Origin: an uncultured virus (IMG/VR IMGVR_UViG_3300031281_000001) | Lineage: Duplodnaviria; Heunggongvirae; Uroviricota; Caudoviricetes | Direction: 5' to 3' (one strand) | Virus record (IMG/VR): IMGVR_UViG_3300031281_000001 | DNA length: 64,000 nt | In this document: positions 27,020 to 37,094 of the stretch, piece after piece | Layout of the letters: every line of letters begins with the position of its first letter | Numbering within the stretch: position 1 is the stretch's first letter | The notes under the pieces: model-generated | What the model saw: only the letters and a program-made list of their open reading frames with translations | Databases searched by the model: none | What the model was told of the DNA's origin: nothing | Translations under genes and position numbers: made by a program

Positions 27020-28057
27020 ATGATTATAAAAAAAGATGATCTTCTAAAAGCTTTAGAGGTTGTTAAACCAGGATTAGCTTCAAAAGAGGGAAAACTAGAA
27101 CAAGCCACATCATTTGCATTCATTAAAAATCGTGTTGTTACATACAACGACGATTTGAGTATTTCATACCCTATTGAAGGTTTGGACATTACAGGTGCAG
27201 TAAAAGCCGAAGAAATGTACAATTTACTTGGTAAATTGAAAACCGAAGAAATTGTACTTTCAGTAAACGAAAATGAATTAGGCATTAAATCAGGACGTGC
27301 AAAAGCAGCTTTCACATTTCAAAACGAAGTGATATTGCCGCTTGGTGACATGGGTAAAAAAGGAGAATGGGTTGCATTGCCAAAGAACTTTTTGAAAGGT
27401 TTGGATTTTGTAAGTAAAGCAGCAACCAGAATAAAGGATGACGTGTTGATGAATACCGTACATGTAAACGAAGGAGGTTTTGTAGAAGCATCTGATAGAT
27501 ATCGTATTTCTAAATATACATTAGATACTGAACTTAAAATAAAAACATTTATACTTCCTCTTGTTTGCGTCAACGTTGTTTTAAAAATGGAACCTTATGC
27601 AATTGCAGAATCAAAAGGATGGGTACATTTCAAAATGAAAAATAAGGTAGTAATGTCGTGTAGAATACTTGACAAAGACATATATCCAGATACAACACCT
27701 TTTTTAAAGGTACATGGGGAAGAGTTCACGTTCCCTGAAAAATTAAGTGACATGTTAGAACGTGCAATGGTTTTTTGCAAACGTGAAATAGGAATTGATG
27801 ATGTAAATATTTCAATAAATGAAAAAAGATTTACAGTTTTTTCTAAATCAGACAGTGGAAGATTCGAAGAAAGTATAAAATTTAGATACGAAGGGGAATC
27901 TCTTAAATTTAACATAAAACCTAATCTTCTAAAAGATATTTTAGATGAAACTTTGGTTTGTACAATATCTAAGGATAAAATAAAGTTTTCAGGTGACAAC
28001 TGGACTTACGTTTCTATTTTACAAGCAAAAAATGATTTTGACGATTTACCTTTTTAA
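27020..28057 (+). CDS. DNA polymerase sliding clamp (beta-like)
   Basis: 345 aa; DLLKALEVVKP, EASDRYRI, IYPD and LSDMLERA patterns of DnaN. Confidence 0.75.
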   Translation: MIIKKDDLLKALEVVKPGLASKEGKLEQATSFAFIKNRVVTYNDDLSISYPIEGLDITGAVKAEEMYNLLGKLKTEEIVLSVNENELGIKSGRAKAAFTFQNEVILPLGDMGKKGEWVALPKNFLKGLDFVSKAATRIKDDVLMNTVHVNEGGFVEASDRYRISKYTLDTELKIKTFILPLVCVNVVLKMEPYAIAESKGWVHFKMKNKVVMSCRILDKDIYPDTTPFLKVHGEEFTFPEKLSDMLERAMVFCKREIGIDDVNISINEKRFTVFSKSDSGRFEESIKFRYEGESLKFNIKPNLLKDILDETLVCTISKDKIKFSGDNWTYVSILQAKNDFDDLPF

Positions 28058-28059
28058 GT

Positions 28060-28368
28060 ATGACAGGACTAGAATGGATTGCACTCAAAAGAAAAGAGCA
28101 AATTGAAAAACATAATTTCACGCCGGAACATGACGAAAAACATAAAGATGGTCAATTGCTTATGTTAGCTCATTATTGTATTCTTTCTAATGATGACAAC
28201 ATGCCTAAAAATGCGACATGGAGGAAAGATTATTTAAGTTCTTTTTTCTTGCTACCACGAATTGAACAATTGGCAATTGCAGGAGCCCTAATAGCTGCCG
28301 AAATTGATAGGAAGCAACGTGAAAATGAAAGATTGATCGAAAAACAAAGACAACAGGAAAACGAATAA
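28060..28368 (+). CDS. Hypothetical phage protein
   Basis: RKEQIEKH.FT.EHD...AGALIAAEIDR, a common phage pattern. Confidence 0.75.
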   Translation: MTGLEWIALKRKEQIEKHNFTPEHDEKHKDGQLLMLAHYCILSNDDNMPKNATWRKDYLSSFFLLPRIEQLAIAGALIAAEIDRKQRENERLIEKQRQQENE

Positions 28369-28369
28369 T

Positions 28370-29662
28370 ATGCAAGGCTTTTTCACACGAAAAGAAACGG
28401 AATCTAAAACACGCCCAACAGGAAAGATACACTCCTGTTTTAGTTGTGGTTTGTATCGTGAAGTTACTACTCCAAAAATGAAACCTTTCGGAAATTTCAA
28501 GAAAGGAATTATGAATATAGGAGAAGCACCTGGAGAAGTAGAGGATGATCGTAGTAAACAATGGCAAGGGAAAGCTGGAAGAGTTCTAAAAAATATTTAT
28601 AAAGAACTTGGTATCGATCTTTTTGAAGATTGCATAAACATAAATGCTGTTAATTGTAGACCAATAGATGAAGTTGGTAAAAATGCAAAACCGACATCAC
28701 ATCAAATTGATTGTTGCAGAGATATGATGGTATTAAAAGCCATTAAACAATACAAACCAAAGGTGATAATACTTTTAGGTGAATCAGCCGTGACAAGTAT
28801 TATAGGGTATCGATGGAAGAAAAACCTGGGGGGAAATGAAAATGGGACAAGCAAAAAGTCTGGAATTATATCAAAATGGAGGGGTTGGGCAATTCCTGAT
28901 CAGGATTTTCAAACTTGGATTTGTCCTACGTTTCATCCATCATATGTAATACGGGAAGACAAACCTGAAATCGATACCATTTGGAAGCTTGATTTAGAAC
29001 AAGCATTCGAATACGTAAAGAAACCATTTCCGGTATGGAAAGAACCGAATATCGAAACGATAACGGACTTATCCATATTCGATAACCCTAAGTTCGGACG
29101 TTCCAAATATTTCGTAATGAACCAGGCGGTTTTAGACTTTGAAACTACAGGATTGAAACCACATGCAAAAGGTCACGAAATAATATGTGCAGCGATTGCG
29201 GATACAGAAGATCATGCCTATGCTTTTATGATGCCTAAAACACGTCGTGAACTTCGTCCATTCTTGAATTTTCTAAAGAATGAAAAAATTGCAAAAGTAG
29301 CTCAAAACATGAAGTATGAGCATACATGGGCCAAAGTTTTGTTGCGGTGTGAAATAAAACCTTGGGCATGGGATACAATGCAGGCTACACACATTCAAGA
29401 CAATCGTTCAGGTGTAACCGGATTGAAATTTCAAAACTATGTTACATTTGGTATTGTTGATTATGATTCAGAAATAGCACCTTATTTGAGATGTAAAGAT
29501 GAATCAAGTGCAAACAACATAAATCGTATCCACGAACTTTTAAAATTACCAGGAGGTAAGGAAAAACTTTTGAAATATTGTGGATGGGATGCAGTAATTG
29601 AAAGTCGTTTATCTATACTACAACGTAAATTATTTGAACCAAAATTAGGAGGTAAAAAATGA
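28370..29662 (+). CDS. DNA polymerase subunit: uracil-DNA glycosylase (family 4-like) plus 3'-5' exonuclease
   Basis: CFSC, IGEAPG..ED, NAVNCRP and TFHPSY, followed by exonuclease motifs DFETTG, QNMKYE and YCGWDA. Confidence 0.88.
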   Translation: MQGFFTRKETESKTRPTGKIHSCFSCGLYREVTTPKMKPFGNFKKGIMNIGEAPGEVEDDRSKQWQGKAGRVLKNIYKELGIDLFEDCININAVNCRPIDEVGKNAKPTSHQIDCCRDMMVLKAIKQYKPKVIILLGESAVTSIIGYRWKKNLGGNENGTSKKSGIISKWRGWAIPDQDFQTWICPTFHPSYVIREDKPEIDTIWKLDLEQAFEYVKKPFPVWKEPNIETITDLSIFDNPKFGRSKYFVMNQAVLDFETTGLKPHAKGHEIICAAIADTEDHAYAFMMPKTRRELRPFLNFLKNEKIAKVAQNMKYEHTWAKVLLRCEIKPWAWDTMQATHIQDNRSGVTGLKFQNYVTFGIVDYDSEIAPYLRCKDESSANNINRIHELLKLPGGKEKLLKYCGWDAVIESRLSILQRKLFEPKLGGKK

Positions 29663-30198
29663 AAAGAATATCAACAGTTCCTTTTATTGATTTAATTGAT
29701 TTAAAAATGATAAAAGGATTGGAAAATATAAAACGAGCATGTGAAATTGCTGTGGTTGGACATCATTCCATAGCAATAGTAACAGTTAAAGGTTTTGGAT
29801 TTTCTATGTTACAAAAAGCATATCACAACATAGATAGTGAAGTATGTATTCAAGAATATGAACAAGAAAAACGTGATAATTATGACATTGTTGTTGAAAT
29901 GCAACGTGAACCTTTTGAAAAATATTTTTCAGATTTGTGTGAAAATTCTTTTGTAGTTCAGGAAAGAATAGCAAAAGCAAAAAATTTTATGCTTGGTAAA
30001 GAACCTTTATCTATGAATTTAGATAATCAATCAAAAGCTTTATTAAAAAATGCCTTTGAAAAATTATATTTATCGTTCAAAGATATTAATGGGATACTAC
30101 AAATTTCGCGAACAATAGCAACATTAGATTGTGAAGAACACATAAAAGGAATCCACATAGCTGAGGCAATAATGTATAAAAATTATAAAAATGATTGA
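29659..30198 (+). CDS. Internally deleted ComM/YifB (Mg-chelatase-like) protein
   Basis: N-terminal DL..IKG.ENIKRACEIA..G.H and C-terminal LS...ILQISRTIA.LD...I...HIAEAI.Y; no Walker A or B. Confidence 0.7.
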   Translation: MKRISTVPFIDLIDLKMIKGLENIKRACEIAVVGHHSIAIVTVKGFGFSMLQKAYHNIDSEVCIQEYEQEKRDNYDIVVEMQREPFEKYFSDLCENSFVVQERIAKAKNFMLGKEPLSMNLDNQSKALLKNAFEKLYLSFKDINGILQISRTIATLDCEEHIKGIHIAEAIMYKNYKND

Positions 30199-31687
30199 AC
30201 TACATCCAAATTCGTATCAAGCTTATGCATTAATGCACGAAGGTGTTCTCGCGCTTGCACGTGCAGAAATGCAGGGATTTCGTGTAGATGTAGATTACGT
30301 ATTTAGAAAAAAAGAACACCTTAAACGTAAAATTGTACGATTAGAAGAAAAATTCAAAGATACTGATTTTTACAAGGGATGGGAAAAAGCAATGAGGGGA
30401 AAGAAAGTAAATATAAATTCTCCTACACAACTTGGTCATTACCTGTATAACGTGATGGGGATAGAACCCGTGAAATATACTGAAGGTGGAAAGGCTGGAG
30501 GGAATAAAAAAGGGGCAACGGATGAAGAGGCTTTGAAACAACTGGACATACCCGAACTGAATATTCTTTTAGAAAAAGGCAAAATAAAAAAAACGATTGA
30601 TGTTTTAGAGGGGTTTTATAATGAACAGATAGATGGATTCATACATCCTTTTTATAACTTACACACAGTCAGAACATTTCGTTCAAGTAGTGATAGCCCA
30701 AATTTCCAGAACACACCAAAAAGAGACGAGGAACAAATGAAAATTTGCCGTCGTGCTATATTTCCACGTTTAGGTCATCAATTGATGGAAATTGACTTTG
30801 GGCAATTGGAAGTTCGTATAAGTGCATGTTATAACAAAGATGAGAAATTGATAAATGATATACTTCATGGTGATATGCACGCTGATATGGCTACTGAAAT
30901 ATTTATGATTGATGCTATAGAAACAAAATTAAATAGTCAAAATAAAGTAACAAAAAGTGGGCATAAGAATTTACGCCAGGCAGCAAAAAATGGTTTTGTG
31001 TTTCCTCAATTCTATGGTGACTATTATAAGAATTGTGTTCAAAACATAGCAATGAACTGGTGTAAATTACCACAAGGCAAATGGTCGTATGGTCAGGGAA
31101 TCGTAATTGATGAGATAGGAAAATCGTTCAGACAATATCATATTTCTGATCATTTAATTTCCAAAGGAATTAAAGAATATGGTAAGATTGTAAGAACGGA
31201 AATGGGTACGAAAGTAACTGGGTTTTTAAGGCATGTTCAAAAAATAGAGAATTCATTTTGGAATCAACGATATACACAATACAGAGATTGGAAAGAGGTA
31301 CACTTCGAAGAATATCAAAAACGTGGTTATATTGATACATTAACAGGTTTTAGGTGTTCAGGTGTAATGAGAAAGAATGACGTGAGCAATTATCCAGTGC
31401 AAGGTGCTGCATTCCATTGTTTGTTGTGGTCTTTGATACAAACCGATAAATTTATTTATGAACTTGCAAAGCTTGACACGAGAATTATTGGGCAGATTCA
31501 TGACTCTTTAATTCTTGATGTTAATCCAAATGAACTTGAACTCGTTGCAAAAACAATACACAGAATAACCACTAAGGATTTACTTGAGCATTGGAACTGG
31601 ATTATTCTTCCATTGGAAGTTGGTGTCGATTTATTTCAAGTAGATGGTTCATGGGTTGATAAAGTTGAAGAATTTAAATTAAATTGA
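30191..31687 (+). CDS. polA: Family A DNA polymerase, polymerase domain
   Basis: RSSSDSPNFQN, motif A EIDFGQLEVR, motif B RQAAK..FVFPQFYG, NYPVQG and motif C QIHDS. Confidence 0.93.
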   Translation: MIELHPNSYQAYALMHEGVLALARAEMQGFRVDVDYVFRKKEHLKRKIVRLEEKFKDTDFYKGWEKAMRGKKVNINSPTQLGHYLYNVMGIEPVKYTEGGKAGGNKKGATDEEALKQLDIPELNILLEKGKIKKTIDVLEGFYNEQIDGFIHPFYNLHTVRTFRSSSDSPNFQNTPKRDEEQMKICRRAIFPRLGHQLMEIDFGQLEVRISACYNKDEKLINDILHGDMHADMATEIFMIDAIETKLNSQNKVTKSGHKNLRQAAKNGFVFPQFYGDYYKNCVQNIAMNWCKLPQGKWSYGQGIVIDEIGKSFRQYHISDHLISKGIKEYGKIVRTEMGTKVTGFLRHVQKIENSFWNQRYTQYRDWKEVHFEEYQKRGYIDTLTGFRCSGVMRKNDVSNYPVQGAAFHCLLWSLIQTDKFIYELAKLDTRIIGQIHDSLILDVNPNELELVAKTIHRITTKDLLEHWNWIILPLEVGVDLFQVDGSWVDKVEEFKLN

Positions 31688-31688
31688 T

Positions 31689-31910
31689 ATGAAAACAGAA
31701 TTAGAAATAAGAAAACTTCTTGCAGAACACATAGATCGCATAACAAGATGTAACAATCAAATTATTGAATTGAAAGAGCAGATAAGACTTTCAGAAGTAG
31801 CTTTAACGAGTTTAGAATGGTGTTTGCAAAATACATCTGAACCAGTTCCAGCAAAATCTTTTGAAGATTTGGGGGACGATAATTGGGAAGATACGAGAGG
31901 AATTTTTTAA
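31689..31910 (+). CDS. Hypothetical coiled-coil protein
   Basis: ORF in the operon. Confidence 0.6.
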   Translation: MKTELEIRKLLAEHIDRITRCNNQIIELKEQIRLSEVALTSLEWCLQNTSEPVPAKSFEDLGDDNWEDTRGIF

Positions 31911-31925
31911 TGAGGAGAGTTATTT

Positions 31926-32834
31926 ATGAGTATAGCAACAAAATATAGGCCACTTAATTTAGATCAAGTAAAAGGCAATAATGAAGTAGTGGAAAGCCTT
32001 CGAAACATGGTGTCCAAATCCAATCCGCCACATACATTTCTCTTTGTAGGCCCGACGGGTTGTGGAAAAACAACACTTGCTCGCATAGTAGCAAAGGAAT
32101 TTGATTGCAATGGAAATGATATTGTTGAAATCGACTCTGCTCAATTTCGTGGAATTGATACGGTTAGAACAATAAGAGAAAAAAGTTCATATATGCCTTT
32201 AGAGGGGAAAAGTAGATGTTTCATCATTGATGAAGTCCACGAACTTACCTCAATTGCCCAGGATGGTTTATTGAAAATATTAGAGGAACCACCAAAGCAC
32301 GTTTTCTTTTTTCTTTGTACTACTGAACCTCAAAAATTGAAAACAACAGTACGTGGCCGTTGTCAAATATACGAAGTTAAAACTTTAACGAGTAAACAAA
32401 TGACAGGGTTGCTCAGGAAAGTTGTACGTGAGGAGGATGAAACACTTGAAAAGGAAGTATACGAGCAAATAGTAAAAGATTCATTGGGGCATCCGAGAAA
32501 CGCTTTAAATATATTGGAACAAGTACTTACCGTATCACAGGAAAAGCGTTTGAATGTCGCGAAGAAAACGGCTATAAAAGAAAGTCAAATATTAGAACTT
32601 TGTAGGGCTTTAATTCGTGGTGCTCGATGGAAGGAAATTTCAATTATATTAAATGGATTACAAGAAGAGGAACCGGAAAGTATAAGACGGGCAATACTTG
32701 GTTATTGTAATTCAATTTTATTGAAGGAGGATAATTTAACGGCAGGTATGGTCATGGAACAAATGATCGAACCGTTTTACAATACGGGATGGCCTGGACT
32801 TACATTCGCTTGTTATAACATTATAAAAACATAA
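31926..32834 (+). CDS. Clamp loader ATPase (DnaX gamma/tau-like)
   Basis: KYRP, GPTGCGKTTLAR, IIDEVH, LLKILEEPP and RGRC. Confidence 0.92.
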   Translation: MSIATKYRPLNLDQVKGNNEVVESLRNMVSKSNPPHTFLFVGPTGCGKTTLARIVAKEFDCNGNDIVEIDSAQFRGIDTVRTIREKSSYMPLEGKSRCFIIDEVHELTSIAQDGLLKILEEPPKHVFFFLCTTEPQKLKTTVRGRCQIYEVKTLTSKQMTGLLRKVVREEDETLEKEVYEQIVKDSLGHPRNALNILEQVLTVSQEKRLNVAKKTAIKESQILELCRALIRGARWKEISIILNGLQEEEPESIRRAILGYCNSILLKEDNLTAGMVMEQMIEPFYNTGWPGLTFACYNIIKT

Positions 32835-32838
32835 TAAT

Positions 32839-33342
32839 ATGAACTATGAAAATGATCTTGAAATTGACGAGCAAGGCTTGGATGTGGAATGGCTTGAACA
32901 GCCACAATTAATGATGAAATATGTTCGAATACAATCGAAATCACAAAGAGAAGAAGAAAAAGCTAAAGAAAAACTCGAATTTGTTGATGCTGAACTTGAT
33001 ATTAAAATCAGAAAAAATCCTGAAAAGTACAAAATAGAAAAAATTACTGAAGCCGCAGTAAAAAGTACGATACTGATGGATACTCAGCATATAGAAGCTT
33101 ACGAGGAATACTTGGATGCTAAATTTGAAAACAATGTCGCCAAAGGGGCTGTTAAGGCTTTTGACCAACGCAAAGACGCCCTTGAGAATTTAGTAAAACT
33201 GCATGGGCAAAGTTATTTTGCAGGGCCTAAAATGCCACGTGATATCACTAAGGAAAAAACTAAAAGAGACGAAGATAAAGAGCGTACTAATAAAATGAAT
33301 GCCGAAATGGCGAAAAGAATAAGACGTAGAAATCAAGAATAA
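32839..33342 (+). CDS. UvsY-like recombination mediator (putative)
   Basis: Helical protein with KITEAAV and KAFDQRKDAL..L; lies next to SSB and RecA. Confidence 0.5.
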   Translation: MNYENDLEIDEQGLDVEWLEQPQLMMKYVRIQSKSQREEEKAKEKLEFVDAELDIKIRKNPEKYKIEKITEAAVKSTILMDTQHIEAYEEYLDAKFENNVAKGAVKAFDQRKDALENLVKLHGQSYFAGPKMPRDITKEKTKRDEDKERTNKMNAEMAKRIRRRNQE

Positions 33343-33361
33343 CATTTTAATTTTTTAAAAC

Positions 33362-34672
33362 ATGAAGAAAAATAAAAGTAATTTGAAAGAAAGAATGCAA
33401 GCCAGCATGAAGGAAAAACCTAAATCTGGTGGCCGTCTTTTAGCACTTCCAAAAGGAGTATCTTTGTTAACATTTGATGAAGATGTTGAAACAGTAAAAA
33501 TGGATTTTGTTTCTTACAGAGTAAAAGATAAGAAACATCCAGATGAAGGTTTGGCTGTTGTTGGTGAAGGGTGGTATCGCCGTCCTTACAAAATTCACAG
33601 GGGAATAGGTGCAAAAAACAAGAGTTATGTTTGCCGTCAATCTATCGGTGGAAAATGCCCTATTTGTGAACATCAAGCTCAATTGTTTGCAAAGGATATG
33701 CGAGAAGAAGCGATCAAATTATATCCAAAAGATCGTGATTTGTATGTTCCAATTCCTTTAGATTCGGAAAAACACGAAGCTGAACCAGTTTACATATGGG
33801 ATATGGCTGAATCTTTGTTTCAAAATTGTTTAAGCAAAAAGTGTGAAAAGAATCCTGATATTCTACTGTTCGCCGATCTTGAAGAAGGTCTTACGTTAGA
33901 ACTCACTTTCAAATGGGATACTATTGGAAAGAAAGGAAAACCTTTCCCAGAAGTTGTTTTTATTACCTCTAAAAAGAGGAAACCATACGACGAAAGCATT
34001 TTGGATGAAGCCCCAAATCTTGATGATATTATTAAAGCTTCTACCCTTTCATATGAAGATCTAAAAGCAGCATATTTCGAAATGGAAGATGATGACGAAG
34101 ACAACGATTTGAAGGATGACGAAGATTATGATGAAACACCAAGAAATAAAAAACATGTTACAAGTAAAAGTCGTGTAGTAAAAGAGGATGAAGACGACGA
34201 TGAGGATGAGGATGATGACGAGGATGTACCTCAAACCAAAAGAACGGTTACCAAAAAGCAAACCAAAAAGGTTGTTAACAACGATGAGGATGAAGACGAT
34301 GACAATGATGAAGACGAGGATGAAGATGAGGAACCAAAAATAAAACTTACAAGAGCCGCTGCAAAAGTAGATGAGGAAGATCGTTGTGTAGCTTGCCAAG
34401 GTTCTGGTTTAAATTCACGGGGTAAAACTTGTCCAATATGTAAAGGAACTGGGATAAAACCAGAAGAAGATGACAAGGAGGATGAGGAAGATGAAACACC
34501 TAAAGTTTCAAAAAAACATTCAATAAAAAGGGGTAGTCGTTCAGAAAGTAGTAATAAATGCCCGTATGGACATAAATTTGGTACTGATTCAGAAAAATTT
34601 GACGATTGTGACGATTGTGAAATATGGAGTGAATGTGCTGACGAAAAAGACAAACAAAGAAGTAAAAAGTAA
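33362..34672 (+). CDS. Single-stranded DNA-binding protein (gp32-like) with acidic tail and Zn fingers
   Basis: H...YVC......CPICE core, long D/E tracts and CVACQGSG...CPICKGTG. Confidence 0.65.
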   Translation: MKKNKSNLKERMQASMKEKPKSGGRLLALPKGVSLLTFDEDVETVKMDFVSYRVKDKKHPDEGLAVVGEGWYRRPYKIHRGIGAKNKSYVCRQSIGGKCPICEHQAQLFAKDMREEAIKLYPKDRDLYVPIPLDSEKHEAEPVYIWDMAESLFQNCLSKKCEKNPDILLFADLEEGLTLELTFKWDTIGKKGKPFPEVVFITSKKRKPYDESILDEAPNLDDIIKASTLSYEDLKAAYFEMEDDDEDNDLKDDEDYDETPRNKKHVTSKSRVVKEDEDDDEDEDDDEDVPQTKRTVTKKQTKKVVNNDEDEDDDNDEDEDEDEEPKIKLTRAAAKVDEEDRCVACQGSGLNSRGKTCPICKGTGIKPEEDDKEDEEDETPKVSKKHSIKRGSRSESSNKCPYGHKFGTDSEKFDDCDDCEIWSECADEKDKQRSKK

Positions 34673-34678
34673 AAAGGT

Positions 34679-35041
34679 ATGCCAATACTAAAAATCACAA
34701 GTAAGAATGACAAAATTGTAAATAGTAAGATGGTAGGAGTGCAATTCCCAGTTGAATTGCATTCTTACTTTTCATTATTTGCTTTGGCAAAAGGTGTTAC
34801 TAAATCATCTATTGTAAAAGAACTAATGAATGATTGGTACAATGCCTGCATGGAAGAGGATAATCTTACACCTAAAAAACTAATGGTTGATTTGTTATAC
34901 AAAATTCGTATAGAATGGAAAAAATATAAAGTTGAAAAGCCTTTTATTACATTGATTGAATTTAAAAAAACAATTAAAAATGAATTGAAACATCGAGGGG
35001 TTGATGCTAAAATTATAGATGTAATTTTAAAACAATTATAA
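34679..35041 (+). CDS. Hypothetical protein (possible ribbon-helix-helix)
   Basis: VGVQFP.ELH......A..KGVTKSSIVKELM. Confidence 0.55.
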   Translation: MPILKITSKNDKIVNSKMVGVQFPVELHSYFSLFALAKGVTKSSIVKELMNDWYNACMEEDNLTPKKLMVDLLYKIRIEWKKYKVEKPFITLIEFKKTIKNELKHRGVDAKIIDVILKQL

Positions 35042-36087
35042 TGAAAAGATCAGAAATATTAAGTAAACAAATGAAAAGACATGTTGAAAAACCTATAAAG
35101 GATGAAGATGAACTTGAAGGTAATTTTGATTATGTTATTTCAACAGGTTCAACTTTGCTTGATTTAAATATTTCAGGTGGACGAATACGGGGGGGTGGTG
35201 TTCCAGGTGGAATATTTATGGAAATATTCGGCCCAAATAGTTCAGGAAAATCTGTTTTGTTAAGTGAAATGGCAGGTGATGTGTTACGTAAAGGTGGTGA
35301 TGTTCGTTTTGATGATCCTGAAGCAACACTAAGTAAACAATATGCCAAAATATTTGATTTGGATGTAAATAGGATCAAATATGACACACCAGACACAGTA
35401 ACTGAAGTATTTGAAAATATTCGCAAATGGCAACCGCGAACAAATGGTAAAATTCATGGGACTTTTACTGATTCACTTGCCGCACTTTCTACAGCATTAG
35501 AAATGGAAGATGAAGATGGTGATAAGAGGGGGCAACGTCGAGCGAAGGAATTTTCAGAGGGTTTTAGAAAAAATGCTCGAATACTTAAAAAGAATAATTA
35601 TTTGATGGTTGGAAGTAACCAAGTAAGGGACAATGATGAAGCCGTTAACAAATATAGTGTCAAATATAAATCAACTGGGGGTTTTGCTATTGGATTTTAT
35701 GCTTCTATTCGTTTACGGGCTAGTACCCCTGCAAAAATTGAAAAGAAAATTAAATTTCGTGGAAAAGAAATAAAACAAGCAATTGGTGTCGAAACAGAAT
35801 TTGAAGTATTCAAAAACAAGGTATGGACACCATATCGTAAAACACCTCTATACATTCTTTGGGATTACGGAATTGATGATATTAGAAGTAATCTGATTTA
35901 TATAAAAACATATTCGGATGAATCCGTATATACATTAGAAAATCAAAAACTAGATAAATCTTTAGAAAAATCAATAAATATAGTTGAAAGTGACCCCAAT
36001 GCCATTATATCACTTAAAAATGAAGTTATTAATTTGTGGGAAGAAATTAATCGTAAATTTGATACAGGTCGCAAAAAAATAAGATAA
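35041..36087 (+). CDS. recA: RecA/UvsX-like recombinase
   Basis: ISTGSTLLD...GG, EIFGPNSSGKS, DSLAAL, NQVR, TGG.AIGFYASIRL and KNKV. Confidence 0.93.
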   Translation: MKRSEILSKQMKRHVEKPIKDEDELEGNFDYVISTGSTLLDLNISGGRIRGGGVPGGIFMEIFGPNSSGKSVLLSEMAGDVLRKGGDVRFDDPEATLSKQYAKIFDLDVNRIKYDTPDTVTEVFENIRKWQPRTNGKIHGTFTDSLAALSTALEMEDEDGDKRGQRRAKEFSEGFRKNARILKKNNYLMVGSNQVRDNDEAVNKYSVKYKSTGGFAIGFYASIRLRASTPAKIEKKIKFRGKEIKQAIGVETEFEVFKNKVWTPYRKTPLYILWDYGIDDIRSNLIYIKTYSDESVYTLENQKLDKSLEKSINIVESDPNAIISLKNEVINLWEEINRKFDTGRKKIR

Positions 36088-36089
36088 GC

Positions 36090-36323
36090 ATGTCATCATT
36101 TACACCTATGAAATTGTTAGAAAAAGAATTAAAAGACAATGAACGTGCTTTGGAAAAATCTATAAGCATGTATAATAAAGGTGTTATTGATTGCGAAACA
36201 CACTTACTACATAAAGAAAATTTAATCAAATTGATAACTTTATATAAAGAAGCCATCAATTTGTTAAAACACGCAGAACAATTTAAAAAGTTAGTAGATG
36301 AAAAGAAAAACAGAAACATGTAA
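36090..36323 (+). CDS. Hypothetical protein
   Basis: ORF in the operon. Confidence 0.55.
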   Translation: MSSFTPMKLLEKELKDNERALEKSISMYNKGVIDCETHLLHKENLIKLITLYKEAINLLKHAEQFKKLVDEKKNRNM

Positions 36324-36807
36324 AACATATATAGGAATAGACAATGGTGTTTCCGGTGCTATTACTATTATTTCAAACGAAAATATAATCGTGTTACACG
36401 AAAAAACACCCGTTAAAAAATGTTTGAATTATACTAAGAAAAAAGCATTTATGAATAGAGTCAATTTTGAGTTGTTCAAATCATTTTTTTTATGTGCAGG
36501 TGAAAACACATTTTGTATGATCGAACGTCCTATGGTAAATCCAACACGTTTCACAGCGTCAGTTTCAGCACTACGTTGTTTAGAAGCGACTGAAATATTG
36601 TTGGAAATGTTACAAATCCCATATCAGTTTATAGACAGTAAAGAATGGCAAAAAAAATTATTGCCATCAGGATTAAAGGGGGATGAGTTAAAAATAGCTG
36701 CAAAAGAAATAGTAAAAAGAACATTTCCAAAAGCAAACATACACAATGCAGATTCTATTTTAATTGCGAAGTATTGTATGTTAAAACAAATGAATATTAA
36801 CTTTTAA
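36298..36807 (+). CDS. RuvC-like Holliday junction resolvase
   Basis: YIGIDNGVSGA, IE, W.K and ADSILIA. Confidence 0.8.
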   Translation: MKRKTETCKTYIGIDNGVSGAITIISNENIIVLHEKTPVKKCLNYTKKKAFMNRVNFELFKSFFLCAGENTFCMIERPMVNPTRFTASVSALRCLEATEILLEMLQIPYQFIDSKEWQKKLLPSGLKGDELKIAAKEIVKRTFPKANIHNADSILIAKYCMLKQMNINF

Positions 36808-36817
36808 TATCTAAAAA

Positions 36818-37093
36818 ATGACAGCAAGTAATGTCGCTTTTCACATGGCAATGCAAGCTCAAAGAGCTACACATGATGATCTGGTATGCTTAATGAGAAA
36901 AGCTCTTGAAGTATATGCACATGAGGTACAATATGCAAAAAATAAAAATAAAGTAGATGAAGCTTTTAATCAATTGTCATACATTGCACAACTGATTTGC
37001 ATAAAAAAAGGGAAACACGATCCAATAAAATATGCAGAAGCTGTTGAACGTTCTGAAAAACTCGATGAAGCTTTTAACATTAAAATTGGTTAG
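36818..37093 (+). CDS. Hypothetical protein
   Basis: ORF in the operon. Confidence 0.55.
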   Translation: MTASNVAFHMAMQAQRATHDDLVCLMRKALEVYAHEVQYAKNKNKVDEAFNQLSYIAQLICIKKGKHDPIKYAEAVERSEKLDEAFNIKIG

Positions 37094-37094
37094 A

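Noticed and set aside
29659..30198. Self-splicing intron or homing endonuclease splitting the polymerase
   Set aside because: The ORFs overlap with no room for an intron core, and the insert resembles ComM rather than a nuclease.
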